The position numbers and the translations under genes were made by a program. A stretch of 64,000 nt of DNA from the human T2T-CHM13v2.0 reference genome, Homo sapiens, in the NCBI RefSeq assembly GCF_009914755.1, contig NC_060930.1. One strand, 5' to 3'. The notes beneath the pieces are model-generated. The model was not told the DNA's origin and did not search any database. It was given only the letters and a program-made list of their open reading frames with translations. Each line of letters opens with the position of its first letter. Position 1 is the stretch's first letter. This document shows, in pieces, positions 1-14,045 of this stretch.

Positions 1-1344
1 TAATATGAGTGGCTTGGTTTTACTCTAGGCCTAATATATTTCTGTTTCTAGGCATACATTACCCTAAGTGATTATGTATTTCAAATGGATATTAGACAAG
101 ATATATTTGGTTCAGCTAACTCATTTTAAATCTGTACATGCATTAACCATATTTTACACTAATATATGTTAGTTCAACTTTATATAACCTAAAATTATTA
201 AGTCAGCAAAATATGGAAAATTAAAAAAATCTTATAAATTTGAGCAACTATTTTAGCCAGAGAAGTCAAATCATTGTAAATTTTTCAGCTATGCATGCAT
301 TTGAATAATCTTTCATGTCAAATAACTATATTTTAAGCCTAATAGCTCTAATAATAGTTTTGTTATATATCTTTCCACTTGAATCATTCAATATTTTACC
401 ACTGACTAGAAATTTCTGGTTAGCAGTACAACTGTCATTCAGCTTTTAGTTTCAGAGTTCAAATTTTAATTACTTGATTAATACTGAACTTTTACTACCC
501 TGAAGACCGCAAGGCAGCGAATGGCTAATTTAAACCTAAAGGGAAGTAAAGGGAAAAAGAGGTGAGGCAATAAATATAGAATAGAAAACGGGAGCAGAAG
601 GCAGAAGGTGACAATTTCCATTCCAGACAACATTCCTAGGCACTGTTCTCTGAGCATGACACATTAGGGAAAAAGGGGGTTCCCCATTCTTTCCCCTTGG
701 TGGTTGCAATCGTCATTTACCAGTAGTCAAATTACCTCTTCCCAGTTTATTTTTTGGATTCCCAAATCACTGAAGCCATCTTCCAAGCTTCCCGTACCCC
801 TTTCTTACAAAAACACGTATTCATGCATTCATACAAAAGGAGTATAAAATTTTAGAGGGTTCACACATACTCTCTGGAACTCATCCAGAAGTCTCAAAGT
901 TGGGAGCCTCTGACTTAAAAGTTGAGTTTGTCTACTAGATAAAAGGGAGGAGGGAGGAGATTATTTCAGGTGGATAAAGTAAATAAGCAATATGTTCAAG
1001 TTGCTTTAATTTTAAGTTGCTGTATTTGGGCACTGCCAATAGTTTTCTATTTATTTCCAAATAACAGGTTTTGTAGGAGAATTATGGGGATAAATGCATG
1101 GATAAAAGGTGTTGAAATACGATGAAATTATGCTGAATTTTGAACTGTATTTATGTATTTATTTTAACAATGGATAGAAATGCTTTTGAATTTCCAGGCT
1201 GTCCTCCTGCAATGGACTTATTTTATTGCCCTACTGTCTGCTATTTTACAATCCTTTCTGTGCCTTATTTCTGCTTATGATTTGGAAGTTCTGTTTTTCT
1301 AACTAATCATTTCCCAGGAGTTAATCATCGGAATGTCCTTTCTT

Positions 1345-1505
1345 CCTGAACATTCACTCAAAAACTATACTTTCTTATTGAAGACCCATGACACAGCCAC
1401 TGGAGGCCAAGTGCTGAACAAGATGAACCCAATTCTAGCCCTCATGCAGGCTATCTTCCATCAAGAAGATGCAGCCATTAAAGGACTGATTAAATAATTA
1501 GTGTC
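1345..1505 (-). mobile_element. L2 LINE 3' fragment (continues at 5140-5188 and 5602-6700)
   Basis: cattcactca...gtgctgaacaagatgaacccaattctagccctcatg resembles the reverse complement of the L2 3' end; interrupted by the L1 at ~1506. Confidence 0.65.
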
Positions 1506-1621
1506 AGGACAAAATTGAGACCCAAAATTCATACAAACGATCAATGAAACCAAAAGCTGGTTTCTTGATAAGACAAATACGCTCAATAGACCACCAGCTA
1601 CCTTAACATAGAAAGAGAGAA

Positions 1622-1925
1622 GGACAGGCATGGTGGCTCACGCCTGTTATCCTAGCACCTAGGAGGCTGAGGTGAGTGGATCACAAGGTCAGGAGTTCGA
1701 GACCAGCCTGGCCAACATAGTGAAACCTCATCTCTGCTAAAAATACAAAAAAATTAGCCAGGCGTGGTGGCAAGCACCTATAATCCCAGCTACTCAGGAG
1801 GCTGAGGCAGGAGAATCGCTTGAACCCAGGAGGTGGAGGTTGCAGTGAGCCAAAATCTCACAGTTTTACTCCAGCCTGAGCGACAATGCAAGACTCTGTT
1901 GATACAATGAGAGAAAGAAACAAAG
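1622..1925 (+). mobile_element. AluS (Sg/Sc-like) inserted in L1
   Basis: Dimeric Alu, ggatcacaaggtcagg, A-rich linker; flanked by aaagagagaa-like duplication. Confidence 0.95.
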
Positions 1926-2279
1926 AGAGAGAAGATCCAAATAAGCACAGTCAAAAACAATAAAGGTGACATTACAACCAATCCCAATTCCTAGAAACAC
2001 ACAATCCCCCAAGATTGAATCAGGAAGATATTGAAATCCTGAACAGACTAATATTGAGTTCCAAAATTGAATCAGCAATTAAAAAAAAAAAATCTACCAA
2101 CCACAAAAAAAAAAAGCCCCAGACCAGATGGATTCACAGCCAAATTCTACCAGTTATACAAAATAGAGCTAGTACCAATTATACTTAAAGTATTCTAAAA
2201 AATCAAGGAGGAGAGACTCCTGCCTAACTAATCTGTGAAGCCAGCATCACCCTGATACTCAAACCTGGCAAAAGAGCAA

Positions 2280-2313
<34 letters not shown>

Positions 2314-2601
2314 CACAGGTCATTGTGCCTGATGAACATAGACCCAAAAATCTTCAAAAAAAAAAAAAGCAAACCAAATCCAGCAGCACATCAAAAACTT
2401 AGTACAACACTGTCAATTAGGCCTCATTCCTGAGATAAAAGGTTGGTGCAACAAATGCAAATCAATAAATAAGATTCACCACATAAACAGAATCAAAAAT
2501 GAAAACTGTATGATTATATCAATAGATGCAGAAAAAGTGTTTAATAAAGCCCAATATCCCTTCATAATAAAAACTCTCAACAAACTAGGCATTGAAGGAA
2601 C

Positions 2602-2978
2602 TGTATTAGTTCATTCTCACACTACCACAAAGAACTACCTGAGACTGGGTAATTTATAAACAAAAGAGGTCTAAGTGACTCATAGTTCTACATGGCTGAG
2701 GAGGCCTCAGAAAACTTACAATCATGGCAAAAGGCAAAGGGGAACAAAGGCATGTCTTACATGGTAGCAGGAGAGAGAGAGCAAGGCAAAAAGTGCTACA
2801 CCTTTAAACCATTAGATCTCATGAGAACTCTGTCATGAGATAGCAGTAGGAGGATGGTGCTAAACCATTAAAAACCACCCCCATATTCCAATCACCTCCC
2901 ACCAGGTCTCTACCTCAACACACGGGGATTACAATTTAAGATGGGATTTGAGTGGGAACACAGAGCCAAACCATATCA
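2602..2978 (-). mobile_element. MaLR solo LTR (MSTA/THE1D-like) inserted in L1
   Basis: tgtattagt...cagagccaaaccatatca termini; diverged 5-bp TSD ggaac/agaat; L1 ORF2 resumes on both sides. Confidence 0.92.
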
Positions 2979-5188
2979 AGAATATATCTCAAAATAAGAG
3001 CTATCTATGACAAACCCCCGGCCAACATCATACTGAGTGGTCAAAAGCTGGAAGCATTCTCCCTGAGAACTGGAATAAGATAAGAATCCTCACTCTCACC
3101 ACAACTGTTCAACACGGTACTAGGAATTCTAGCCAGAGCAATCAGGCAGATGAAATAAATAAAAGGCACCCAAATAGAAAAAGAAGAAGTCAAATTATCT
3201 ATTTTGGTGGAAAACAGAATTCTATATCTAAAGAAACCTAAAGATTCTCCCAAAGGGCTCCTGGAACTGATAAACAACTTCAGTAAAATTTTGGGATACA
3301 AAAATCAATGTGCAAAAATCAGTAGCATTTCTATACACCAATAACATTCAAGCTGAGAGCCAAATCAAGAACTTGATCCCATCTACAATAGCCACAGAAA
3401 CAATAAAATACCTAGGAATACATCTAACCCAGAAGGCAAAAGATCCCCATACAGAGCACCACAAAACACTGCTGAAAGAAATCATAGATGATACAAACAA
3501 ATGGAAAAACATTCCATGCTTATGTATTGGAAGAATCAATATAGTTCAAATGGCCATACTGCCCAAAGCAATCTACAGATTCAATGCTATTTCTGTCAAA
3601 CTGCCAATGTCTTTTTTCACAGAATTAGAAAAAAACTATTCTCAAATTCATGTGGAACCAAAAAAGGCCCAAATGGCCAAAGCAATCCCACCCAAAAGGA
3701 ACAAAATGAAGGCATCATTTTACCCACCTTCAAACTACACTATAAGGCTACATTAAAAAAACATCATGGTACTAGTACAAAAATAAATACATAAGCCAAT
3801 GGAACAGAATAGAGGACCCAGAAATAAAGCTGCACAGTTACAGCCAACTGGTCTTTGAGAAACTCATTAAAAATGAGCAATGAGAAAAGGACTTCATATT
3901 CAATAAATAGTGCTGGGACAGCTAGCTAGCCCCATGCAGAATAATAAAACTGGACCTCTTTCTTTCAACATATACAAAGATTAACTCAAGATAGATTAAA
4001 AATTTAAATGTAAGACCTCAAACTGCAAAACTCCTGGAAGAAAACATAAGAAACACCATTCTGGACATTGGCCTTGAGAAAGAATTTATCATTAAGTGCT
4101 CAAAAGCAATTGCAACAAAAACAAAATTTGACAAGTCAGACCTAATTCAACAAAAGAGCTTGTGCACAACAATAGAAACAGAGTAGACAGATAACCTGTA
4201 GGATGGGAGAAAATATTAACAAACCATGCATTCAACAAAGGCCTCATATCCAGAGTATATAAAGAACTTAATCCAACAAGCAAAAAAAAACCTCTTTAAA
4301 AAGGGGCAAAGGACATATATGACATTTCTCAAATAAAGACATCACGAGACCAACAAACATATGAAAAAATGCCAAACATCACTAAATATCAGAAAAATAC
4401 AAATCATAACCACACTGAGATACCATCTCACACAAGTCAGTATGGCTATTAAAAAGCAAAACAATAATAGATGCTGGTGAGGCTGCAGAGAAAAGGGAAG
4501 GGTTGGTGGGAATGTAAATTTATTCAGCCACTGTGTAAAGCAATTTGGAATGTCTCAAAGAACTTAAAACAGAACTACCATTTGACCCAGCAATCCCATT
4601 ACTTGGCACACTTCCAAAATAAAATAAATTATTCTACCAAAAAAGACGCATACCCTTGTATATTCACTGCAGCACTATTCACCAAAGAAAGACATGGAAT
4701 CAACCTAGGCACCCATCAATGGTGCATTGGATAAAGAAACTGTGGTACACATACACCATGGAATACTATGCAGCCATAAAAAAGAATGAACTCATGTCCA
4801 CTGTAGCAACATGGATGCAGTTGGAGGCCATTATCTTAAGTGAATTAATGCAAAAAGAGAAAAACAAATACAACAAGTTCTCACTTATAAGTGGGGGCTA
4901 AACTTTGGATACTCAGTGACAAGTTGGCAACATTAGATACTGGGGACTATTAGAGGAGGGAAGGAGAGAGGGGAGCAATGGTTAAAAAACAAACTACTGG
5001 ATACTATGCTCACTACCTAGGTGATGGGATCAATCATACACCAAATCTCGGCATCATGCAATATACCCGGGTAATGAACCTGCACATGTGCCACCTGTAT
5101 CTAAAATAAAAGTTGAAATTATAAAAATAAGAAAAAAAGTTAGTTATTTAGAGTCATGATGAGTGCTACATAGAGAAAGTACAAGTCC

Positions 5189-5601
5189 TGTATTAGTCAT
5201 CTTGGGCTGCCATAACAAAACACCATACACTAGATACTTTTTTCTTATAGTTCTGGAGGCTAGATGTCTAACGTCAAGGTCTGGAGGCTAGATGTCTAAC
5301 ATCGGGGTCTGGCAGAGTAGACTTCTGGTGGGAGCGCTCTTCCTAGCTTGCAGATATCTGCCTTCTCACCATTACTTCATATGACCTTTCCTTGGTGAAT
5401 GTACAAGGAAAAAGAAGGAGAACAAGTTCTCTGGTATCTCTTCTTAATAGGATATTAATCTTTTTTAATTAGGGCTCCAACCTTATGACCTCATTTAACC
5501 TTAAGTACTTCCTTAGAGGTTCCATCTCCAAATATAGCTACTCTAGGGGTTTAAGCTTCAACATATAAATTTAGCAGAATACAGACATTCACTGCATAAC
5601 A
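5189..5601 (-). mobile_element. MLT1 (MaLR) solo LTR inserted in L2
   Basis: tgtattagtcatcttgggctgccataacaaaacacca...cattcactgcataaca. Confidence 0.88.
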
Positions 5602-6700
5602 AGATCTAATCAGAGTATTTAACAAGGCACCTGATTTAATCTGTATTATTAGGGAAGCATCTATGAGCAGGAAATAATTGAGCTCTGAAAGAATAATTAA
5701 TTAAAAAAACAAGAACGGAAAAATCATATAGACAGAGAAAACAGCATATAAGAAGGCCCTGGAGTGAGAAGCATACCATATTGGAGGAATTAAAGCATGG
5801 GCAGTATTGTTGGAGGAATGATGTGATAAAGAGTAGTGGCAGGCAAAGCTGGAAACATAGGTAAGAGTCAGAATTTACAGGCCCTTGTAGGCCAAGTTCC
5901 CAACCGCGTAGACACTGAGCAACTTTTAAGGCCTAGGAGCAACATGATTACATAGATGTGTCTTTTATAAAGGAAATTCTCTAACAGCAGTATAAAGAAC
6001 AAATTAAAGAGGATCAACAATAAAATTAGAGATCATTTATAAAGCTATGGCACTATTTCAAGTGAGAAATAATGGTGGCTCAGGAAAAAGTAATGACTTT
6101 GGAAATAAGGAGAGGTAGATTGAATTTGATTTATTTTGGAGGTAGAATGGAGATAGTGATGGATGATTAGCTAAGAAAGGAGATAAAGAGAAAAGAGTTA
6201 AGAATGACTTGGGTTTCTGGTTGAATTGGGGTTCATTCACTATGATGGAGAAGAATAATCTTTTTGGTAGGGGCTGGATAGGCAGAGAGAATCATGTGCT
6301 CAGTTCCGGACATGTTGAACCTTCAGTGCGTATAATACATTCAGTTGGATGTATGTGCTGCAGATTATTTTAAGAAGCTCTGGGATAGGGGTGTCAATTT
6401 GAGAATTATCAACCATAAATGACAAATAAAGCTATTAGCCCTAGCTCAGATTTCCAAAGGATAAAGTATAGAAAAGGAGAGCAAAAGCTTAGGGCAGGAC
6501 CTTGAAAAAAAGCCAAGATTTAAAATTCAGTAAGAAGCTGTTAAGGACCCTTAGAAGGACTCATCAGAGAGGGATGAGGAGAACTCAAGGAACATTGTAT
6601 TTCAAAGTAGTCATAGGCAATGGAGACAGCTGCTAAGAATCAAGCAAGATGAGATCTGAAATTTGACAAATGTGTTTAGCCAAATGGAGAGAATGGAGAG
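5602..6700 (-). mobile_element. L2 LINE, continuation
   Basis: Purine-rich degraded L2 antisense (gaaggccctggagtgagaagcat; gaatgacttgggtttctggttg; ggacatgttgaa). Confidence 0.75.
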
Positions 6701-9700
6701 CTGTTTAGTGAAGGAGTAGTAGTTGGAGCCAAACTGAAGTGTGCAGGAAAATGTGCGGGACACGATAGAAGTTGGAGAGAACAGCAGCTCCAGGGATCTC
6801 CTGTCGCTTAACCTGGATATATACCTGGCAACTCAACAAAAAGATGAATTTGAAACATAGAACAGCTGAATTTATCCAATTAGAAATCAAACAACAATGC
6901 TCACTTCCCTTTTTTCCTGGTGCCTTAAAGATGATGGGAATATTTCGGGTTTTATGCATTCTCTGAGTAGATTTTCAACACCTAAACAAAAGGACTGAAA
7001 TTGAAATTCTATGTACCTTATCAGGGCACAAGGACACAATTCCCAAAGCCTTTTATTTTAACAAGAATGAAACTCAGTTTTGCAAGGGAAAAAGAGAAAG
7101 TGATATTGAAAATAAATAGGTAAAAGTCTAAAAGTGAAATAAGATACTTTAAAAAATACTATGTGTTGTAGTATTTAAAGGAGTCACTAGAAGATTGAGT
7201 CACCATGATAAATATAAATTATCTTATGTGTCCTCACAGAATTTTTTTAAAATAAGATTTTAGTAATAATAGAAAATATAATATTTGTAATCTTCTTAAT
7301 ACACGTGATGAGGTCTATAATAGACAGGTAAGAGGCATTTTCTGGGCAATGAATTACCCAGAGACGCTGATGAAAGCATTCAGGAAATAGTATGTCTGCC
7401 ACTAGGAGAGGAGGTAATTAATACAGAGTGAATTTACTGCAAGGGCTTTAGTAAGAAGGTATGTTCTGCAAGAATGCTGGGAGCCTCGTTTACCAGGACA
7501 GACCATCACAATGTATGACAGCAGCTTTAAACACCAAGAGCAAAATATGACACTTCATTACTCAATTCTCCCCAAACATATTAGTTTTTAAAATCATATT
7601 TTAGGGCTGGCTCGAGCAATTGTTCAATTTCCACTAAGAACCAGACAAAAAGGGGATAGTTTTATAAGAAAATATATCGTTAGATTTCTCTGTTAAATTA
7701 AGCACTGCATTTGTCACTCAATGTCTACAAACAAATCAAGTGCTAGTCATAAGAATGGGATAATAAGACTTGTACAATCAATCTCTTTGAAGATTTTAAG
7801 GAAAAAGAAAACATATTATATGGGAAGAGTGAAATACAGTTCTACAAATAGACGAGGATACTTCTATGATTCGGGCTCACTCCAAATTTCGCTCCATTTA
7901 GGTGTGGAAGAAAATAGGAAGAAGAAAAATAGCTTTGTTGATGAATGAGATAAATAGTTATGCTCTGGTGAAAAATTTTCTGAATAATGTCTCCTGTAAC
8001 CAGACCTTGCACAATTCTAAATGTTTACACAGTCAGTGCCAATGGAAAACTTTCACGTCTATAAACAACTTTTATTCCAAGCCCAAACATCTCCCTGCTG
8101 CGGGATGGTTAGTAAGCAAATACAAGCTGTCAAATAGCACCTTGGAGCCAGATTCCACATACAGAGCAGCATGTATCTGTGTGCAGGCTGATTCATGTGC
8201 ACAGCACAATATTTTCCAATAGCTAAAATTCAATGTAGAAAAAGGGATTTGGGAAGCCAAATCTGTTTCACCTAAATAAAATACATTTTTTTTCAAGCTA
8301 CCTTTCTTTTCCTCTCTCTTCTCTTTCATAAATGTCATAAAGAAAACTCAGGTATCAATCAATTATTTATGGAAGAGGGAACCTGAAGCAGAGAAACAGT
8401 GAATGTTAACTACTTGTTCCTTTGGTGGTCAGGAGAAAGAGAGGGAGCAGCAGCTCAGTAAGGAAGACAATGGCAAGTGAATACTGTGGACTCCGTTTCA
8501 GGAGCATTTACTTAAAGATAAAATTTTTGGAAAAGTAGGCAGAAAACAAAAGCACAGAGATGTAAGTGAAATGCAGAATACTGTTGCCCACGACGCTTAC
8601 ATAGAATGACAGCGGGGAGCAAAAATAATTGAAACGCTCTGTTGTAAAAGGTTTTGAACGTTGTTACTGTTTATCGTTTGTCTGCATTGGTTCCTTAAGT
8701 CAAAAACAAATAAAAAACCCTGGCATATCTCAACAGTGGGACCTGGTGTGTTTTCTAGCTCTGGATGTACAATTATAAATGCTACATTTTTTAACTATTA
8801 GCAGAAAACATGTCTCACATCTTAAAACACTTTAGAAACCAATCCACAAATGATGTAGTATTTGTAAGTTCATCACTGCATTAGCATCACTAAAACAGTA
8901 TCTGCCAAACTTATGGCTGTCTCCTTGCTTTGGTCATGACTGTTCTCAGATTCTTTTAACTGTATCAAAATTAGAATATCAGGATACCACTGCCAGACAA
9001 GGGTCAAGGGGCTTCACAAATCCTTTGTTCACTATTCAGTGTATTGTCCAAATAATATCCAGCCTGCTTTATTCATCTCCCTTAAGGTGAGAATTGCCCT
9101 TAATAAGAAATGTCCTGAGTCCCAGGCTGGCCTTGCTTGCATTGGAGGGGTCCCACAACTGTTCAATTGGGTGTTTGTGGGCTAGACTGGAAAGCACCAA
9201 TGAAGAAGAAGAACATAGGGACCTTTTTTCTCCCCTCATGCTAGTCAGAAATTATAAAATTCTGATGAAATAAATTTTGCTTTTATTTATTTAGGAAAGG
9301 TGGACCAATCTCTTTCTAATCTATATATCTACATATTTCTTTGTATTTTTGTACCTATCGATTCTATGTATCTATGTATCCTCAGTGAATATATTCTACT
9401 TCCCAGCTTGAGTGACCACTGCCAGGCTGATAACACCATGATTTGGATCATCAGTTTATTTTTTTCTCTGGAGCTTTATAGACACATAGGTATATAGAGA
9501 TACTGATATACATATAAGTAAAGATATAGATATAAAGACAAAGGAGCAGGATTATTTGAATCACAGATTAGAGAGCGTTTCTGATTTTTCCTCAGAGTAG
9601 CCATGAAACCTGTATTTAAAAAAATAAAAGACAGGGACTTCGGTTCACATTGCATTTTCATGATCTGTTAGAACAGTTTCTATAAGAAAGAAAAACAAAC

Positions 9701-9939
9701 ATCTTGTCTTCTGCTTTGTAGGACTCATTTGGGGATGATGCTGAGCAACATCTCTAGCCTCACTGCAGGAAATGGTGCAAACTGTGATCTCCTGCTTTCA
9801 AGGCACTTAGAAGCAATTAATAGACAAGACTAACATGTATAATAAAGTAATACAAGAGAATGCCTTAGAAAAGCTAAATTATGTTATGCTAAATATGCCA
9901 CAGGAGAGGGAATTTAAGGAAGGAGATATTACTAGCATC

Positions 9940-11150
9940 TGTCCTATTCTTTCCTATATCCCTCCTACTGAGATGAAAGCCATCTTTCCTCCTTACTACT
10001 GAGAGGATAATCCCACTTTCTTATCAATATTAAAAGTGGTTCTAGTCTCTCCCGTTAAAAAAAATACTCTTTAACTTCATAACCCCTCCAACTCCTTCAT
10101 AATCAAATTTCTTGAAAAAAAGAAAAAAAACCATTTACATTCAGAGTTTAGACTTTCTTATAAATGATTTACTTCTCAAGCCACAGGTGTGATACCATGG
10201 GTTAAGGAACAACTAATACAAGGGATGTTAAAGTGTAAAACATAGCAGTCCCTTCTCCCTCATACTTAAACATCTCTTATGGGTCTATACTAGGCTATTG
10301 CTCTTCTTTCTCTGTGAATATATTCTACTCTCCAGCTTTAGTGATCATTGCCAGGCTGATAACTCCATGTTTTGGGTTACCAGTACATTTTTTTCTCTAG
10401 AGATTCATATACACATTTTCAACTGTGTACTGAATATCCCTTTCATACATGCAATCGAATATGTTCAAAACTGAAATTATCTTACTGTTCTCTCTTACCA
10501 TCCAACACTCTGTAAATTAATACATCTCATTCCTTCCCTTTCTATTTCTTGCCAACATACTGATACTACTCTAGGTCATTATTTAGATATACAAGTACTG
10601 CCTGTATGATTTCAACAAGTCTCCATTTTCATGTTTTGAATCTGGTTTTATTCCCTCCAATCATTTCCCACATACCAAATATAACAATCTTAAAAAATAA
10701 ATAAATCTGAACATGCTTACCCTTTCTAAAATGCTTGAAGGACCCCCAATTACCCACAGGATGAATATGATATTCTTTAAAAGGCTGACATGATTCACTT
10801 TCCCCTCCCATGCAACAATCTAGACAAACACATCTACCTTCAATTGTCCAAAGGCCCTGGACTTCTACATAGACTATTACCTCCTGCCTAGTAGACTCTT
10901 CATTTCATTTGTCACAGATTATTTAAATTACACTAATGTTTTTCTGTGGACATCCCTTCCTCTTAGTAGTCTTTCTTTGAATCTGCACACCTATTACTTC
11001 TATGACAGTTTTGATTAACTTTATCTCATTTCTCTTAGCTATATCCTCTGTTAAGCTCAATGGGGTCAGAAAGTATGTCTGTCTTAAATACTTTACTTCT
11101 TATAACTAAGCACAATGTCTGACATACAGTAGGTCCTCAATACAGGTGAT
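9940..11150 (+). mobile_element. L2 LINE fragment to 3' end
   Basis: Pyrimidine-rich L2 body ending gcacaatgtctgacatacagtaggtcctcaata. Confidence 0.7.
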
Positions 11151-11324
11151 CAGAGAAAGATATATCAATAAAAGTCTCTTGAGTAGAATTTAAGTGGGGT
11201 TGATTTTTCAAGAAATAATGTATATGAAAGCGTTCCCTCTGTAACACTTTGAAGACTGGTCAAATTTAACAATCTACTTGACAATCATTTTATGGCAACA
11301 CAAAAATATGATAAAACCTTGCCA

Positions 11325-11525
11325 TGATATATTGGACTCTGGGGACTCAGGGGAAAGGGTAGGGGGTGGGGAGGAATAAGAGACTACACATTGGGTACGG
11401 TGAACATTGCTCAGGTGATGGGTGCACCAAAATCTCAGAACTCACCACTAAATAATGTATTCATGTAGCCAAACACAACCTGTTCCCCAAAAACCTATTG
11501 AAATACAAAAACTAAAAATAAAAAA
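11325..11525 (+). mobile_element. L1PB/L1MA1-2-like 3'UTR stub
   Basis: ggactctggggactcagggg...gggtgcaccaaaatctcagaactcaccactaaa...aaaacctattgaaata + A-tail; possible TSD aaaaccttgcca/aaaactttacaa. Confidence 0.88.
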
Positions 11526-13796
11526 CTTTACAAATGTTGACCAAACAGGGAAAAAAATCAATCAGAGCGGAGTGAAAGTAAAATAATGGCATAATTTTAA
11601 AAATGAATATAAATATATTAGTTTTTACTAAGATATTCCAAACTAGCCTAAGAAACTCTTTGTAGAGGTGCTAAGGAACTCAGTCTAAAAAAATAGAAAT
11701 GCTTTCAAGTTAGCATGTATATTGTAAGTATGTGGGCGTTTCTAAAAGTGCTTCAAAATCACCCATTCACTTAAGTATTTTAAGCATTCCTCCTGCAATT
11801 TAGCTCAAGCTGCAATTTAGAACAATTTGCGGGAAAGATTTGCTAAGTACAAATAATTTCCAATCAGCCCCTTTTCCAAATTATTATAAACTTTAAATTT
11901 ATATTAGCTGTTCTAATTAATGAGATCTCAGTGTCCTTAAAATTGGAAAATAAAGTGGTTGATCCTGGGTGGTGTATGGTACCAAAAAGGAAGTATACAA
12001 ATTTTAAAACGTATTATCCTCATCTATGGAATAAAAGAAAAAATTCTCAACACAACCAAATGATAGCTTTTAAAAGCTGTCAGAGACACCTCATTTGTGA
12101 GTCATGTTTTTAGTCCAGCAGCCTGAATGCAGAGAACTCTAGTCACAGACTACACCTAGACTAGCTCAGAGAACACTCAGAGCCTTTTGCTAAGGATGCC
12201 CCTGAGCAGTGATTCCCAAATCAGAGTGCATGTGCAGAGAGAGGAGAGGGGGTAAGCAGGCAGTATCCCTGAGCGTAACATTTCAGAACAGCATAAATCA
12301 ATGTTTACTTAGTTTATTTTGACAAGGAAGTGCCTTCATTATATTTGTGGGTGAGTTCCTCTGTTTGCAAGGTCAAGTTATAGTGCACAACATTTTACAA
12401 GGTTTTCCTAAAGTAGTATTTATTTATATGATTTTATCATTTTAGTTTTATATGTGCATATTAAAATATACATTTTTGTGTACACAAATGTCTGCAAAAA
12501 AATATTTGCATCAAAAGATGAAGTATTAAAAATATGATATATTTTACTATATTTATTCTCATAATAGTTTATAGAAAAAAATGATCCTGACTATTTCTAA
12601 GGCAATAAGAATTCAGGAAATGCCATCATTTTTATCCCTACATGTTTTGTAGAATTACATATAAACAACAACGAACTGATGAGGAAACATTCTGTGTTTA
12701 AAGACCTTCAGACAAAGAGATCTGCAAACCACTTTCAACAATGTAACCCTGAAAAAATACCTAAAAACTTTTGCCAGAGGAAACTATTTTCTATAATAAC
12801 ATGAATTCCTCAGATAGCAGCAAAAGCCCATTTCCTGCTGTTAGGTTCTCAATGGAAAGGAGATGAATAATTTTTCTTCATATCTTTGAACAATGTTTAA
12901 ATTATGCCCCAATCTTCTCTGTTTCACACTAAATAATTTCTCACTCCCTGAGCACTTCTTCAAGGGTGTTACTTGAAATTATAATTGTTGATCTCCATTG
13001 CACCCACTTCAGTCTCTTTATGAGTTATAGAAAACTAGACTCAAAATTTAATAAGAGCAAAACTCATATTTCACATTTTTCATAGTTTTATTTGTAGATC
13101 CCAATCTTCTAGTTAAAAAAAAAAGAAAGAATAAGAGAAAATAGCAATACCATATTCTGGAACTTATTTTCTGACTAAATGTTTACTATTGCCCTCATCT
13201 ATACCTGTCATCCTCCCCTACCTGTCCCCACTCTCCTCTATTTCCAGATAAGTGCAATATTTTACAAACTGAAACCTCTAAGCACTATAAATATCACTAT
13301 AGTATAGGGCCCCATGAGGCTATTTAAATAAAATAAGAGAGCACCAGAGCCCTTTGTTAAGACAGGATTCTGTTGTGAAGAACAATGCTGATTTCTCCAG
13401 TGGACAGAGGGAAATGGTTTTAATTGGATTACTAATGTGACCCTTGGGTCCCATAGAGATCTATAATGCTTAGTTAGATACCATTTTACCTAACTAAAAG
13501 GATTTGCTAAAGAAATGTGATTTTTTTTAAGTTCCCTGGAACAAAATGTATTGTTGGAGCAGTATATCTTAGTCACATTGCAGGCTGTGGGATTTATGTC
13601 ATGTTTTACTGTTTGATCAGAAGCTCCTTTAGACTTGTGGAGGACGAGCTAGACATTCTCAGTATGAGCTTATTAATAGTTGTACTTAAATAATTGCCCA
13701 AGAGCCTCATTACTTGCTGGACTTAATAACAGTGTTATGTAGTTGATGTAGTACATTCATTCTAATATTGAAAACACTTTGTTCTCCTTGGTGAAA

Positions 13797-14045
13797 GGCA
13801 GTGTATTGCATGGTTAAGGGTCCTGGAAGCCTCTGGAGTTAGACTGCTTGAGTTTGAATCTTGTACTATGCATTTATTAACTCTGTATCCTTAGACTAGT
13901 TAAGCATTACTTGTCTCATATGTAAAATAGAGATAACACTTTTTCAAAGGGTTGCTAGAAAGATTAGATGAATTAATAAATAATCACTTAATTATGGACA
14001 TGGTAAATATTCAATAAATTATAATTATGATTATTATCATCATCA
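13797..14045 (+). mobile_element. MIR SINE
   Basis: ggttaag...ctctggagttagactgcttgagtttgaatc...tgtaaaatagagataa...gggttgct..agattagatga. Confidence 0.85.

Larger units (their letters stand above)
1506..5138 (+). mobile_element. 5'-truncated L1 (L1PA15/16-like), degraded ORF2 + 3'UTR + A-tail
   Basis: ORF2 peptides in ORF track (3310-3756 [11 protein letters not shown]..., 4656-4901 ...WIKKLWYTYTMEYYAAIKKNE); 3'UTR ending aataaaagttgaaattataaaaa; split by an Alu and a MaLR LTR. Confidence 0.92.

Noticed and set aside
7437-7525. Minus-strand exon candidate (LLSYIVMVCPGK...)
   Set aside because: Weak AAG acceptor and weak donor; out of phase with neighbouring candidates.
11793-11820. Short direct repeats (ctgcaatttag x2; also ~14180, ~28540, ~57745-57775)
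   Set aside because: Ordinary micro-duplications expected in AT-rich DNA.
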